A stretch of 64,000 nt of DNA, taken from positions 70,060,001-70,124,000 of the forward strand of contig OX597825.1 in the NCBI GenBank assembly GCA_951406725.2, in the 5' to 3' direction. Positions 1 to 13,957 of this stretch are shown one piece after another; the first letter of the stretch is position 1; each line of letters opens with the position of its first letter. The notes under the pieces were generated by a model. That model made no database searches, was not told the origin of the DNA, and was given only the letters and a program-made list of their open reading frames with translations. The position numbers and the translations under genes are program-made. This DNA comes from Octopus vulgaris. Its lineage: Eukaryota.

Positions 1-658
1 GCCAAAAGCCTACATATGTGTTTCGATTCATGCCCCTACTCGACACGTAATTCTAAGTATTTGCTAATAATTGCTATCATTTTCAACTGTACGGGGTAGA
101 ATCTCGTGAAGACTTTATGAAATTATACAACAAAGGTTAACATTTCTTGAAAGGATGTAGACAAATTACTAATAAGTTTAAGAAGTTAGATCCTATATAT
201 AATGCTTATGTATTTAGTTAGTGAGTTATAGATGTTAGCAAAAGATATAATGAAGTAAAATAAAAATAACATCAAACTAAAGGTCAAGAAAGAAGATAAA
301 AAGATAAAAATTAAAAAATAAGTAATAACAATACTTAAATATGCAAGGGAAGAATTATATAATAGAATAAATGGAGTGTAATTTAGTAAAAAACTTATTA
401 GTCAACTGTTGTGGATAAACTATTTCCATTGGTTTGGTAACAGATGAAGTTCAGGAAGCTATGAATGGTAGCGTTCGTATCATTATGTGTCATATTTTGT
501 GTCATATTAAATGGCGGTGCCCCAGCATGGCCACAGCTCATGAGCTGAAACTAGAATCAATCAGTCATTTAAAATCAAAGATAGATTAACGTTTGAAAAC
601 ATTGACCGTTAAGATATGTATCTTGAAGGCTTTACATATAAACCCGTAGTCATCAATA

Positions 659-966
659 TCTGTAAAGCTGAAATGCGAAAAAGTGTTTGGTTTCTTGGTT
701 ATTTGTCTCATTTTGGGATGGGAACGGTTTAAGGAGGCGGTAGATGGGGTCGGATTGGCGCCAAAATTTACACTGGGGGGGTAAAATGAGGTGGGCAATG
801 GAGTGAGGAGGGTTGCAAGTCACTCGGGGCTACCGTTTGGTTGCCATGGTGAGGAATATTGGAAAGGCAAAGAAGATGAAGAAAAGAGGAAAAGGAAGAG
901 GAGACAACACGCACAAAACAACACCACCACCAAAAACCCGAGCGAAACACGGGTCAAAATAGCTAG
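659..966 (+). mobile_element. Non-autonomous Helitron (3' end clear, 5' end approximate)
   Basis: Hairpin ACCCG-agcgaaaca-CGGGT (936-954) followed 8 nt later by CTAG|T (963-967), the canonical Helitron 3' terminus. Confidence 0.5.
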
Positions 967-1406
967 TCTGTGTATATAAAATGTGTATATTCATATCTAT
1001 GTCTTTATATATTCACATATGTATACATATATACATTTACATACACACACACATATATATATATATATACGCACACACATACGGATACACACGCATGCGT
1101 ATATTCATACAAAATGTACACTTATACAAATATATATACACTCACTCTCTAAGATATATATTTATCAAATTTATTTTTTATGTTCATCATCAGAAAGGTT
1201 AAGTTATTGGGGTTATGAAGTTTAATATTTAGAATTGATCAGTTAAGAGGTCAGATAAGAAGAAAAGTTGAACGAGGGGATGAAGAGAAAACAATAAAAT
1301 ATATGATGAAATAAAATGTAGTAGAATGTACGGGAAAATATATTTGGGTATTTATTATAATGTAGCATAATATGTTTCTAATTATTAATAATTAACTAAA
1401 TAAATA

Positions 1407-1806
1407 AGTAAGTATCTTGCTAACCAACCACATGGTTCCGGGTTCAGTCCCACTGCGTGGCATCTTGGGCAAGTGTCTTCTGCTATAGCCCCGGACCGAC
1501 CAATGCCTTGTGAGTGGATTTGGTAGACGGAAACTGAAAGAAGCTTGTCGTATATATGTGTATATATGTATATATATGTATGTGTGTGTGTTTGTGTGTC
1601 TGTGTTTGTACCCCTAGCATTGCTTGACAACCGATGCTGGTGTGCTTACGTCCCCGTCACTTAGCGGTTCGGCAAAAAGAGGCCGATAGAATAAGTACTG
1701 GGCTTACAAAGAATAAGTCCCGGAGTCGATTTGCTCGACTAAAGGCAGTGCTCCAGCATGGCCGCAGTCAAATGACTGAAAGAAGTAATAGAGTAAAAGA
1801 GAGTAA
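1407..1806 (+). mobile_element. tRNA-derived SINE, family A (5'-clipped)
   Basis: B-box-like GGTTCAGTCCC, shared body 'ccttgtgagtggatttggtagacggaaactgaaagaag', internal TA/TG microsatellite, tail 'gctccagcatggccgcagtcaaatgactgaaa...gagtaaaa'; >15 full or partial copies in the window. Confidence 0.9.
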
Positions 1807-2038
1807 ATAGATTATTTTGTTATAAGTAGGAATGGTGTATTACGTAATATGAAGAAAATCGGAGTATTTATATTTATGATCTATGATTGATTTTTTGCTA
1901 AAGATTAGAACTGCTTAGTAGTTAAACCGAGTATTGATATTTAATGGCACCTGCCATTTCTTTTAGAGCTTTACAATTTATAATTTATTTGTATTGCTTT
2001 TATAAAAAATTTCAACATCTTTATATTATACAAATAAA

Positions 2039-2387
2039 TCTTTATATATAAAAGTGAAGTTGTGTGTCTGTCTCCTACGATTTAGATTCCTAACTACTCC
2101 CACATTTTGCGGTGCAGTTAACCAAAACCGGGTATCTTATAGTTGTGATTCATATCGAGCCCTTCTGGGTATTAGCGCACGTCTACGATGAGTCTACGAT
2201 TTTTAAAAAAAATTACCATCATTTTTTTCCATTTTAATGCATTTTTTCGCTATTATATAAGGGAAGTAACTCTCTAAAAATGTCTACGATGAGTCAACGA
2301 TTTAAAAAAAATTTACCGTCATTTTTTTTTCCATTTTTAATGCATTTTTTGGTATTTTTTGGCTATAACTCTCTAAAAATGCTTATA
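2039..2387 (+). mobile_element. Non-autonomous Helitron, 3'-truncated
   Basis: Starts A|TCTTTATATATAAAAG; internal ~100-bp tandem duplication; ends in 'ggctataactctctaaaaatgc', which is the subterminal sequence of the complete Helitron at 15320-15714, but lacks the hairpin and CTAG. Confidence 0.7.
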
Positions 2388-2787
2388 GGCTATGTGGTAA
2401 GTAGCTTGCTAACCAACCACATGGTTCCAGGTTCAGTCCCACTGCGTGGCATCTTGGGCAAGTGTCTTCTGCTATAGCCCCGGGCCGACCAATGCCTTGT
2501 GAGTGGATTTGGTAGACGGAAACTGAAAGAAGCCTGTCGTATATATGTATATATATGTATATGTATGTATGTGTATGTGTTTGTGTGTCTGTGTTTGTAC
2601 TCCTAGCATTGCTTGACAACTGATGCCGGTGTGTTTACGTCCCCGTCACTTAGCGGTTCGGCAAAAAGAGGCCGATAGAATAAGTACTGGGCTTACAAAG
2701 AATAAGTCCCGGGGTCGATTTGCTCGACTAAAGGCGGTGCTCCAGCATGGCCGCAGTCAAATGACTGAAACAAGTAAAAGAGTAAAG
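2388..2787 (+). mobile_element. SINE family A
   Basis: Near-identical to 1407-1806 and shares its private variants. Confidence 0.9.
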
Positions 2788-3305
2788 ATTATTTTGTTAT
2801 AAGTAGGAATGGTGTATTACGTAATATGAAGAAAATCGGAGTATTTATATTTATGATCTATGATTGATTTTTTGCTAAAGGAGATTAGAACTGCTTAGTA
2901 GTTAAACCGAGTATTGATATTTAATGGCACCTGCCATTTCTTTTAGAGTTTTACAATATATAATTTATTTGTATTGCTTTTATAAAAAATTTCAACATCT
3001 TTATATCATACAAATAAATTATTTATATATCTATTATTCTCTATTTTCTTTCTTTTAATATTAATAATATGTACTACTATAACAATCCCTAACATACCGT
3101 TGAGACTTTCGCCTTATATGATAGGGATTAACCAGTGGAACTTTTGGATTATATAATCCCTAATGAGGACCTGATATCCTCGAATTGATTATATATATAT
3201 ATAAACACATGACAGAAGTAAAAAGACACCCTTATAATAATAAAAATATATTTAAATCTGAAATTATACATTCAAATTATTTATTATTTTTTATAATGTG
3301 AATAT

Positions 3306-3545
3306 CTAATATTTAGTAGACATGCCCTTTACATTTTTCAATACAAGAACCCTATTAGGCATGCTACAGGTCAGATTACGAATATTCTTTTTAAGAATTT
3401 CTTGCCAAGTTTCATGCGGTAATCTCAAAAGACTGGCTCGGGGGTTGCTTTCTTTTCCTATATACAAAGTGTCCTATCCATTATGTCCCGGAGGTGTTCA
3501 GTAGGATTCATATCTGGATTCATATCTTGGCCATGGAAATTTGTT
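3306..3545 (-). pseudogene. Tc1-family transposase C-terminal remnant
   Basis: Manual translation with stops/frameshifts: WP...PDMNPTEHLRDIMDR...ETWQEILKKNIRNLTCSMPNRVLVLKNVKGMSTKY*, matching the Tc1 WPxxSPDLNPIE and SMPxR...GxxTKY motifs. Confidence 0.8.
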
Positions 3546-3648
3546 TCCTTGTTGGCAGCAATCTTTTCATGTCAAATTTGTGTTTGTGTGTGTAGGGAGA
3601 GAGCTAGAGAGATAGATGGATAGACAGACAGACAGATGGAAAAATAGA

Positions 3649-3689
<41 letters not shown>

Positions 3690-3691
3690 TT

Positions 3692-3729
<38 letters not shown>

Positions 3730-3945
3730 GGACAGACAGACAGAGAGACGGACAGACAGACTATTCTATCAGAGTAAGAATCTGTGAAGTTTGTTTCGGC
3801 TTTAATAAAACAGCATACAACTCTGCCTTTGGTACCCGAGTACTATTTTCTCCACCTTGTTTTGCCACTGTGTACTTTCTTGTGTATGTGACCGATAAGT
3901 CACATTAGATACAAATGTATGCATATATATATTTATCTATTTATT

Positions 3946-3993
<48 letters not shown>

Positions 3994-5077
3994 TACGTAT
4001 ATCTTATTTGTTTTGTTTCGCAATCTCCGGTGGTAATCTCACTCACAATAATCTGCTAGTTATCTGTTGCGTTACGTGAAATTAGATGATATTTAGCAAG
4101 GTTAACTCAAACAAGGATTTAAGCTAATCAAATTAGTTCGTTTCTTGTTCAGTTAGCATTGCAAATAATTTCATGTTACGATGACCTAAACGGTTATTCG
4201 TTCTAGCAGCCTCAACTAAATCTATTCATTATCACCCGATTGAATTTCATCTGTCATGGAGCAATACCACGAGGCATTGAGCAAGTAAAATAAATCTTTA
4301 TAATTGATTTTCGTGGATTTGATTTTAGAAGACTCTGTCCAATTCTTTAAACCATTCGTTAATCACGTTAGTTAGAATCGCAGAATCACATGAGAATGTA
4401 TGGAACATTTCTGATGTTTATTTCGTTAACAACTTTAATTACTTCATTACCATCCCGTCTTTTGCAATAGAACCAACGTTGTTATTAAGAATTGAATTAA
4501 TTGAGCGTAAGTGGCAAGGAAACCGCTACAGACGGTTAAATTAAGTAGCTTGTGATATTTTGACAATGTTTTGTTAAATCATTTTAAATTCGGGACACGA
4601 AATTCCTCTGGTGAAGACTTTAGTACTTTACTTTTTATCCTCTTGCTCAAAATTAACAAGTTGAGGATTATCTGAGTCGAAAGAGCAGTAATGGTGAACC
4701 TGCAGTCTGCGAGACTTGCCGAATGGCACGGCTAACGAAAAGTGACCTTGATACCTATCTCATGGGGCCCGCTTCCTCGAACTGGTTACGTTAGAGCTTC
4801 CGACTAAAAGTTAGAACTTCCGACTAAAATCCTTAACGTTTATTTATTCTGGATCCCTGAGTTCTGGTTTCAAGACTCTTCCAATGGACCGCATTGGACA
4901 CACACACACACACACACACACACTCTCTCTCTCTCTCTCTCCTTCTCTTCCCGCTATTAGGCGGGGGTAGAAGGCCCTAAATGTTAAGTTTTGCGTTCAG
5001 GACAGCAATCAACCGCATCGAAATCCATGAGCCCTTCTCCTGTTAACATGAAAGCATGTCGATTATTAAATTCCCTT

Positions 5078-5460
5078 AGGCGTCGAGCTGGCAAAATCGT
5101 AAGAACGCCGGAGAAAATGCTTGGAGGAATTTCGTCCGTCTTTACGTCCAAGCTCCAAATTCCCCCGAGGTCAACTTTGCCTTCATCGTTCTTGGTCGAT
5201 AAACTAAGCACCAGTTAAGTACAGGGCCAACGAATTCGACTTGCTCCGTCCCCTCAAAATTAGAATTGTAAATGCGTCAAGCTGACAGAATTGTTATCTT
5301 GCCAGACAAGATACTTAGCAACATTTCCTCTTGCTTTGACATCTGAGTTCAAATGCCACCGAGGTCGACTTTGTCTTTCCTCTATTCAAAGTCGACAAAA
5401 TAGTACCATTCCAAGTACAGGAGTCGGTGTAATCCACTAACCACTCCTGCTCCCCAAATG
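5078..5460 (+). mobile_element. Two diverged SINE family B copies
   Basis: 'gagctggcaaaatcgtaag...gaggtcaactttgccttcatc' and 'ctgagttcaaatgccaccgaggtcgactttgtc'. Confidence 0.7.
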
Positions 5461-7566
5461 TCAGGCCCACAATAGAACAGGGTTAATGCACTACACAGTT
5501 CCGAACTTTTACATTTCTGGTTTTAAATCTCTTCCTAGATTTAAAGAAATAACTCTGTCTGGGCATGCCTAGATGTGAAGATAGTCATCATTGATTCGCC
5601 ATCATCGAGAAATAGTAAGGTTACGAGGTCCACGACATTTTTCCAGCTTCCGTCTATAATTCGCTGTCCCTCAAGGTTCCAGATTCAGATATTATAAAGC
5701 CCTACATTAAGGTATGTACGTAGGATACTCGCTCCGAAACTGCGTGTGCTTCCATGTTTGTTGGTTCTCTATCAGAACATATTTGGGAACTAAATGACAT
5801 CAAGAATAGCTGCAATAACGATAAAAACAACAACAGTAATTTATGAAAACTAACATTTTCATTTACAAAGCTAAGTTTACAAACGAATGCATAAATAAAA
5901 CTCAAACACTGAGCTCGAAGATTTAGTAAAACGATACAAAGTATTTGTACTTGTCAACATGACTTTTATCTTTTATCGTTTACTTGTTATAGTCATTGGC
6001 CTGCAACCATGATGGAACAGTGATTTCAAAGGTTTTGTCGAACAAATCAACCACAATAGCTCTTTTTTTTCTTTTTTTTTAACTTTTGTTTCTTTTATCG
6101 TACTGCTAGGTTACGGGGACATACACAAATCAACACCGGTTGTCAAGACAAAGTGGGGAACAAGCACAAACACAAAGACATACACATACATGCAAATATG
6201 CATGTATGTATAAATATATATATATATATATTATAAAATCCGTTCTGTCTGTCTGTCTGTGTGTCTTCTAGGATCTCGGGCATTCTCCATCTGATTGCGC
6301 TCAAATTTGATATGTAGATACCGACGGTATCAGGGCATGTATAAGCCTTGAAAAAATTACAAAAATCGATTCCCGATGAGAATGCGATCGATAAAGCCGT
6401 GGGAACGTGCATTTGTACGCACAAGTACATCAGCTGTTGCGATCGATACTACGCAAACGCGAGAAAAATGTACGTACAGTTTGCGCAAAAAAAGCCGGCT
6501 AAAGTCTTCTCTTACTGGTGTCTAAAATTTAGTTTAAATCAATGTTTCTCAAATGGGGAGGCCTATGGGGCGGTCAGACAAGTTGTTTTGAGCTATTTCA
6601 CTTTGCCTACTTTATAGGTAAGGATGTTCAGAGTTAAACACTTAACTTGCAGAAACAATCTGTCCTAAAGGAAATTGGTCAGCATTGGATATAGAGCCAT
6701 AGATAAGCAAGCAGCGGCCTGTTGAGGCTTTCGGCCAACAGTGGACTAAAACCCGTTGACGAGAACTGTATGTAATATATAGAAATTCTTCTCCACCTTG
6801 ACGAAAAACGAACAACAAAATTAAGTACAACAAAAACGTGCATTTGTAATTTCCCGAAGGAATCCAGATTTCGAATTGATGTCACTTTTTTTCATTTATG
6901 CCTTTAAGAGACTCGGAAGAAGAAGAAAAAAGCTAACTGCCGGTGATTTTCTCCTAGCTAGGGAATTTGAAGATTTTTCTGATTCCCCACAAAGAAATCA
7001 ATATTATTTACGGAAACAGGAGGTATTTTTTTATGTAATGTAGGATCCGTTGCTTTGAACTTTTTAATGACGTTTAACTAAATTTGTAAAATGACATCCA
7101 CAATCCTTTCAACATAAAAGCCTTGCCTTAATTATATTTACTCTGCAGAGAAAAATATTAGGATATCTGGGTATTTGTGAATACAGACTTACGAAGCGAG
7201 CACACATGTATTCGAAAAAAGATTTTTTAAAGATAGAAACTAACTATATATAAAATAACAGAATGCGGATATTTTGGATGGAAGTTGTATGTAAGCGTTT
7301 GCATTTAATTTTTCAAACACAGGTGTAATAAGGTAATCTGGAAAAGAATTTCTATACGGATTACCTCATAATACGTGTGTTCGAAAAGCTTAACGAAAGC
7401 GCTTACACGCACTACAAAAACTTCCTTCCAAAAGGTTAAAAGGGTTGTGTCATTCTGTTTTTCTAATAAACTTATTTTATGCAAATCTTTTTTTAGATGG
7501 AACACTAGTATGCAAATCTTTCTGCAGATGTGCCAATAGTATCAAGTAATTTTGCAGAAAATATGT

Positions 7567-7716
7567 AGAGGTGCAGGAGTGACTGTATGGTAAGAAGCTT
7601 GCTTCCAAACCTCATAGTTCCGGGTTCAGTCCCACTGCGTGGCACCTTGGGCAAATGTCTTCTACTATAGCCTCGAGTCGACCAAAGCCTTGTGAGTGGA
7701 TTTGGTAGGTGGAAAC

Positions 7717-7773
<57 letters not shown>

Positions 7774-7893
7774 GTTTGCGTCCCCGTAACTTATCGGTTC
7801 GGCAAAAGTGACCGATGAAATAAGTTCTGGGGTCGACTTGTTCAACTGAAGGCAGTCCTACATCATGGCCGTAGTCCAATGACTGAAACAAGT

Positions 7894-7897
<4 letters not shown>
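7567..7897 (+). mobile_element. SINE family A (internally deleted)
   Basis: Family A head, body and tail motifs present. Confidence 0.85.
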
Positions 7898-7954
<57 letters not shown>

Positions 7955-8171
7955 GGAGCAAATAATTCACCTGAAAAATAATTCGCCAAAAGAATAATTT
8001 GCGAAGATGCCACTTATTTTGTTATTATAACAATTTAAAAATGATAGTAACATAATCAATAATATAGGCGATTGCAGGCCTCAAAGAATGTATTAAATTA
8101 AGAGTTTTGACTGTTATTTCTAGCAGGTAGACATACTTAGTACGTCCTCTGATTAATTTATATATATTCAT

Positions 8172-8208
<37 letters not shown>

Positions 8209-8216
8209 AGTGTGTT

Positions 8217-8274
<58 letters not shown>

Positions 8275-8789
8275 CGCACATATATTCGTCTACGTGTGTG
8301 TTTCTAAGAGAGATAATTTGTGTCAACATGAATATGTATCAAATGACGTCACAAGCTGTTTAGAAAGCCCTGGGGAAATATGTTTTATTGATATATTATC
8401 TGTCTAAAGTTAATGATGTGGTGTAGATAGCTCACATAACACTACTCATATACTAAACTATATTACTATATTCTTATTATATGTTGAATATATATTTATT
8501 CGGAATATATTTACGATAGGAGCCCAGGAAGTTAATTTACAATCTAGATATATTGGAAATGTCGCCGCAAAACGTAAATAAACAAGCCTATGATATAGCG
8601 TTTCTACGTTACACTTGCTAGAAATAGTTCACTAAATCTCCCTTAGATAGGGTGATGGAGTGGCAGAGTTGCAGAATGTAGGATAGAATGCTTCGTGCTG
8701 TTTGTACGGACTCATTGAGCTCTGAGTTAAAGTCCTGCCGTAGCCAACTTGCCTGTCATCCTTTCAGGTTCGATAAAATAAGTTCTAAT

Positions 8790-9010
8790 CCTATTTCTCT
8801 ACTACCCACAAGGGGTCAAACACAGAGAGGACAAAAAAGAGCAGACAGATGGATTAAGTCGATTATATCGACCTGGTTGTTATTTAATCGACCCCGAAAG
8901 GATGAAAGGCCAAGTCGACCTCGGTGGAATTTGAACTCAGAACGTAGCGGCAGACGAAATACCTCTAAGCATTTCGCCCGGCTTGCATACGATTCTGCCA
9001 GCTCGCCGCC
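8790..9010 (-). mobile_element. tRNA-derived SINE family B
   Basis: Reverse complement of 'ggcggcgagctggcagaa...ctgagttcaaattcc...gaggtcgacttggcctttcatcctttcggggtcga'. Confidence 0.85.
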
Positions 9011-10251
9011 CTTCTGCCAGGATAAGTGCTAATCCAGGCCGCCGGATTACCTATGTATAGACACATGGACACAACATTTGGTGAGAGGGCAACATTCAAT
9101 TAATCGATCCCAGGAGTTGACTGATACCTTATTTTACCGGCCCGTGTACTCGGCTGGTTCCCTATTTTATCGAATAATGAATGAAAAAGTTGATCTCAGA
9201 GTGTAAGGAACCGAAAAAAATACCCCCAATGCATTGAACGTAACGGCAGACGAAATACTGCTAAGCATTTTGCCCCGCGTGCTAACAATTCTGCCAGGGG
9301 TGGTTGCGGTTAGAACACTTTTAGGTCTTAGTCTGCTCAAGGAGGTCTGACACTGAATTCAATAGTAACAAAAAATATATGTTAAACATTATATTGGAGA
9401 TCAATAACCAAATATTAATAAGTAATTTCAGATTTCTTGTTCACAATTTTTCGGTTCACTGAGTGTTTTATGTTAGATAACCTTGTATGAAATATTTTAG
9501 TGTGTGTTTTTATGCATACAACGTTTTATGATATTAATAAGATCAATTATTGTTCATTAACAATTTTTAATAAAAACTAAATAAGAAATTAGAAGAAAAA
9601 GAGTTTTCACTTTTGGCTAATTATGCCTTGCTTTTCTAGAATAACAGGAATGGCAAGAGAAGTCTGGTTGTTGGTTTCTATTTACTTTTTCATTTCTTTT
9701 CTCTTTTTATATTGTGTTGGAACTGTAAATGAGTTCCACAAGATTGGTTCGCTGAATATGATGCCTGAATTAAACATTTAAAATTGGTGTAAATTATTCA
9801 CAAGATTTACTTTGGTGTTCTATGTTGCATTAAATGTTAAATCATTGCTGCATACTCTAATGCCCAGCTATATTCAACAATAATTATTGTCGATGAAAGT
9901 TTGAAGTAAATACTTACCTAAAATAAGTTCAGTAATAGATTGCAAAAGTTCCCTCAATGTCTAATTGATACATCTATATCACCAAATAACGTTTTCTAGA
10001 TTTTGAATGATATAGAAGAGTTGTACCGAAAGTAATGCAAAAATGATCGTACTTTCCCATAAAGGTGTTTATAAGTCGTTCAAATTTCACTTGTTCCTGT
10101 TATTCTTCATTGCATGCCAACAGAATTGTACTATATTCTTTTCTACTCTAGGCAGAAAGCCCGAAATTTCTAGGGAGGAGGACAATCAGTTAGATCGACC
10201 CAAGTACGCAACTGGTACTTAATTTATGGACCCCAAAAGGATAAACAACGG

Positions 10252-10416
10252 GTGTGGCTGTGTGGTAAGAAGCTTGGTTTCTAACCACATAGTTCTTGCT
10301 TCAATTCCGCTGCGTGACACCTTCGGCACGTTTTTTCTGCTATAGCCTCCGGCAGACAGTAGCCTTCTGAGTGCATTTGGTAGATGGAAACTGAAAGAAA
10401 CCTCACGTGTGTGGTT

Positions 10417-10497
<81 letters not shown>

Positions 10498-10552
10498 TGT
10501 GTGTTTGTGTGCATGTCTGTGTATGTCTTTGTGTCAGTGTTTGTCTCCAGCC
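10252..10552 (+). mobile_element. SINE family A, diverged 5' half with long (TG)n
   Basis: Head and body motifs; (TG)n at ~10424-10500. Confidence 0.8.
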
Positions 10553-10983
10553 ACCGCTCCATCAGTTTTAAGCGAGATGAAAAGATCAATAGATATTATA
10601 TACTATTTGTGTTCAAAATTCTAAATGTTAAATGTCATTCTTAATTCACCTGAAGAAAATGTTGTTTTTTTTTACATGATGTAATTGTTTTGTTCGTCAA
10701 TAAAGAACACGTCTGAAACAGCTGTAGTGAATCGCAGCCCATCTGCGTTATTGTTTATGTATATATATATATACTCAAAATAAGCAACAAAGATATCCAA
10801 GGTAGCTTATTGCTTATTGTTTGTTGCTTATTTTGATTATAATCACCCCATTTGATTTATATGGATAATACCATACAAAATTCTGGTGCCTTTAACTTAA
10901 GTACCATATTCATCTGAATCTAAATTTTTGCTGAACTTATATATATATGCGAGTGTGTGTGTACATGTATGCACGTATGGATG

Positions 10984-11047
<64 letters not shown>

Positions 11048-11067
11048 GTATGTATGTATATATATAA

Positions 11068-11340
11068 TGTCATTGTTCAGTTTTATTTCAAGATTTCTTG
11101 CCAATAGAGCCGGTTTCTAACCTAGATCCAAGGCTTCTTCATTGGAATTTCAACATCGACAGCAGGGTATTTTTGTTTGTTTGTATGTATGTATGTATGT
11201 ATGTATGTTTTGCTTTATGTATGTATTCTCATGCATATAGTTGCATATCTAGACATGCTCACATACATTTAAATGATAAACTTCCGGAAACTTTTACAGA
11301 TTTTCACAGTTCCAGTGATGGATTGAACTGGCTTTCTCCT
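11068..11340. repeat. Unclassified dispersed repeat
   Basis: 11068-11175 matches the reverse complement of ~37303-37420. Confidence 0.6.
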
Positions 11341-11662
11341 TTCTCGTTTTGAGATTGGTATTTAGGCAGTGTGTTACATATCCCAGGGCCCCAAAAATTA
11401 CAGGTATAAACCTGAACTTGTAATCTGGATAGAGAAACTGCAGATTTCTCAATAGTTCAGCATAGGTATTGTCTTTCCCTCTGATCTTCAGCTTTAAAGT
11501 TATCTTTATAAAGATATATATATATAAGTTTAAATTTAAAATAATAAGGGTGAAGAACTGAATATTAATTTGATTAATATCAATTTAAAACCAGTGGTCT
11601 AGCATTTTGAAAATCTGTAGTTTCAGAAAAAAAGTATATTACATACATATGAGAGGGACGAC

Positions 11663-11720
<58 letters not shown>

Positions 11721-11729
11721 AGAGAGGGC

Positions 11730-11780
<51 letters not shown>

Positions 11781-12290
11781 AAAACTGAAACTGACAAACA
11801 CAACGTCCACTATTTCCTTGTTTAATTTTTAATGCTTTTGTAACAGCAGCTGCCAAAGTGTGAGAATATGTTTCTGTAAATTCGAAAGGAATTATATTCT
11901 TTACTTTTTAGTTCCGTTTGGCCCAAAGCAAATTATGTTAAAGTAAATGAATTTATAATAAGATTATTTTTTTACACAACCATGACAACTGCCTATATGT
12001 ACGATATACTTTTATGAGTTTTTGATATAGGTTCAATGCCCTCATGTATTCATGTATTTTTAAACAAAGAAAAGAGTTTATATCTTGGAGTATTTTACAG
12101 CCACAGACAATTATTTTATTCGCAATTTCTATCAGATATGCTTTTCTGTTGTATTTTTTCGCTGATGGGATAATGCGTCAAGCTTGCAGGATCGTGGAGA
12201 GCCCCAGAATCGCCCTCCAGATGCAATCGGCTAATATCCTGCACTAAATATTTGCTGGCATGGTACCAAAATCTGAAAAAGTTATACTGA

Positions 12291-12505
12291 CGGCAAGCTG
12301 GCAGAATCGTTAGCACGCCTGACGAAATACTTCGTGGTTGTTTCTTTGAGCTTTACATTCTGAGTTCAAGTTCCGCCGAGGTCGACTTTGCTGTTCATCC
12401 TTCCGGGGTCGAAAAAATAAGTACCAGTTGAGCGCTGTGGTTAATGTCATCGACTATTGTCGTCGCCCACCAAAATGTCAGACCTCGTGCCAACAGAAGA
12501 AAAGA
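12291..12505 (+). mobile_element. SINE family B
   Basis: Family B head and 'gtcgactttgc..ttcatccttccggggtcga' core. Confidence 0.8.
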
Positions 12506-13340
12506 TTTTTTCGCCGTTGGTAAAACGGTTCAATATATTTAAAGCTTTAAATGTAAAGATAATCTTCAATATACTTTTGTATGTAATTGCGTAAGATGAG
12601 TAATATTGTTCTGTTTAAACTTTTGCAAGTCGCCAGTCACAGGAAAGTCATGGTCAAGGAGATGCGGAAAGGGTTCATAGGTGTCGATGTTCTGTGATGG
12701 AAGAACTGGATGTATTGGCTTGTGCCTGAATTCTGAACACAACAAGGGTGACAGGAAGTGGAGAGATGAACTATGTCGCTTAATAAGATGAGAATCAACT
12801 TATAAGCTAATACTGAACACGTTAAGGTGAATCATTAAACCAGGTGAATTTATCAATTTTCAGAGACGATTCATCATTTCAAATTAGCAACTCAATATGA
12901 ACATTTTTCTCATTTCAAAATGCCAATCGCCATACAAAGTTCATAAAAATATTGTAATAAAATTATCAACCGTTCACTTGCAACGGTATCTAGCGAAGTC
13001 CTTATTTACAGTCTCTTACAGATCTAAGAAAGGCGAAAACATTCTCTCTTTTCTCACTCTAAGCTACAGTGTAGAAGTCCCGATTTTTCAGTGTTGAAGG
13101 CATTCAAATATATCAAAATATAAGAACTATTTTTCTGAATACATTAAACCATTAAATCATTCCCTCTCGCTTTGCTCTCTTTACATTCTGGATTTCAAAT
13201 CCAATCGAAGTCAATTTTAACTTTATCCTGGGTTGATAAAATAAAATACCAGTCAATTACTCAAGCTGGATGATATCGTGTAACCGCCTTCCTTCAAAAC
13301 TGTTAGCTTTGTGCTTAACTTAAAACCATTAGGTCTTATA

Positions 13341-13752
13341 TCTATCTATCCGCTCAGTCGAAGTCGACTCTCGGTTACTCGATGGATCAGTGTCCTCCAG
13401 TCAGTTCTATCCTGGGCCGCTTCTTTCAGATTGGCTATCTCCATTCCGGTATCACTCTTGATGGTGTCAAGCCAGCGGGTTCTTGGTCGGCCTCTTCCTC
13501 TCTTGCCACTGACCATTCCGTGCATGATGTCCTTCTCTAGGGATTTTCTCCGCATAATATGACCAAAATATGCCAATCTATGCTTGGTGATCCTAGATTC
13601 TAGCGACATTTTCGGCCTGATCTGCTTAAGAACTTCTCCATTGGCGAGCCTCGCTGTCCGTGGAATCCGTAAAAGTCTTCTCCAACACCAAAGCTCGAAT
13701 GCATTAATTCTCTTCTGGTCAGCTTTCTTTAGTGTCCAGGTCTCGCATCCAT
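13341..13752 (-). mobile_element. 5'-truncated RTE-clade (BovB-like) LINE with 13-bp TSD
   Basis: Open frame YGCETWTLKKADQKRINAFELWCWRRLLRIP...YFGHIMRR...GKRGRGRPRTRWLD...QDRTDWR...VTESRLRLSG*; short (GATA) tail; perfect TSD ATTAGGTCTTATA at 13328-13340 and 13753-13765. Confidence 0.95.
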
Positions 13753-13957
13753 ATTAGGTCTTATACGTTGGCAGAATCTTTAGAGCATCCGATAGAATGC
13801 CTTGTTGTATTTGTTCTCCCTCTTTACGCTTTGCGTTCAAATCCTACCGGGATCAGCTTCGCCTTTTATCCTTTCGAAGTCAATGAAGTAAAGTTCCTAA
13901 ATTAAAAACAATTATTACACACCCTCACAGCTCTGTCGTTTACAGAATGCTTTTGTG

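Noticed and set aside
3158-3190. Hammerhead-like 'ctaatgagga...tcctcgaa' (also ~35436-35490 and ~56868-56893)
   Set aside because: Core or stems too degenerate to support
4690-4830. HDV-like ribozyme (ggctaac and cttcctcg motifs) and a 20-bp tandem repeat
   Set aside because: Motifs are in the wrong order and no P1/P3 pairing could be built
6225-6600. Helitron-like 5' end, plus a segment shared in reverse with ~15950-16040
   Set aside because: Repetitive, but no TC start or hairpin-CTAG end could be fixed
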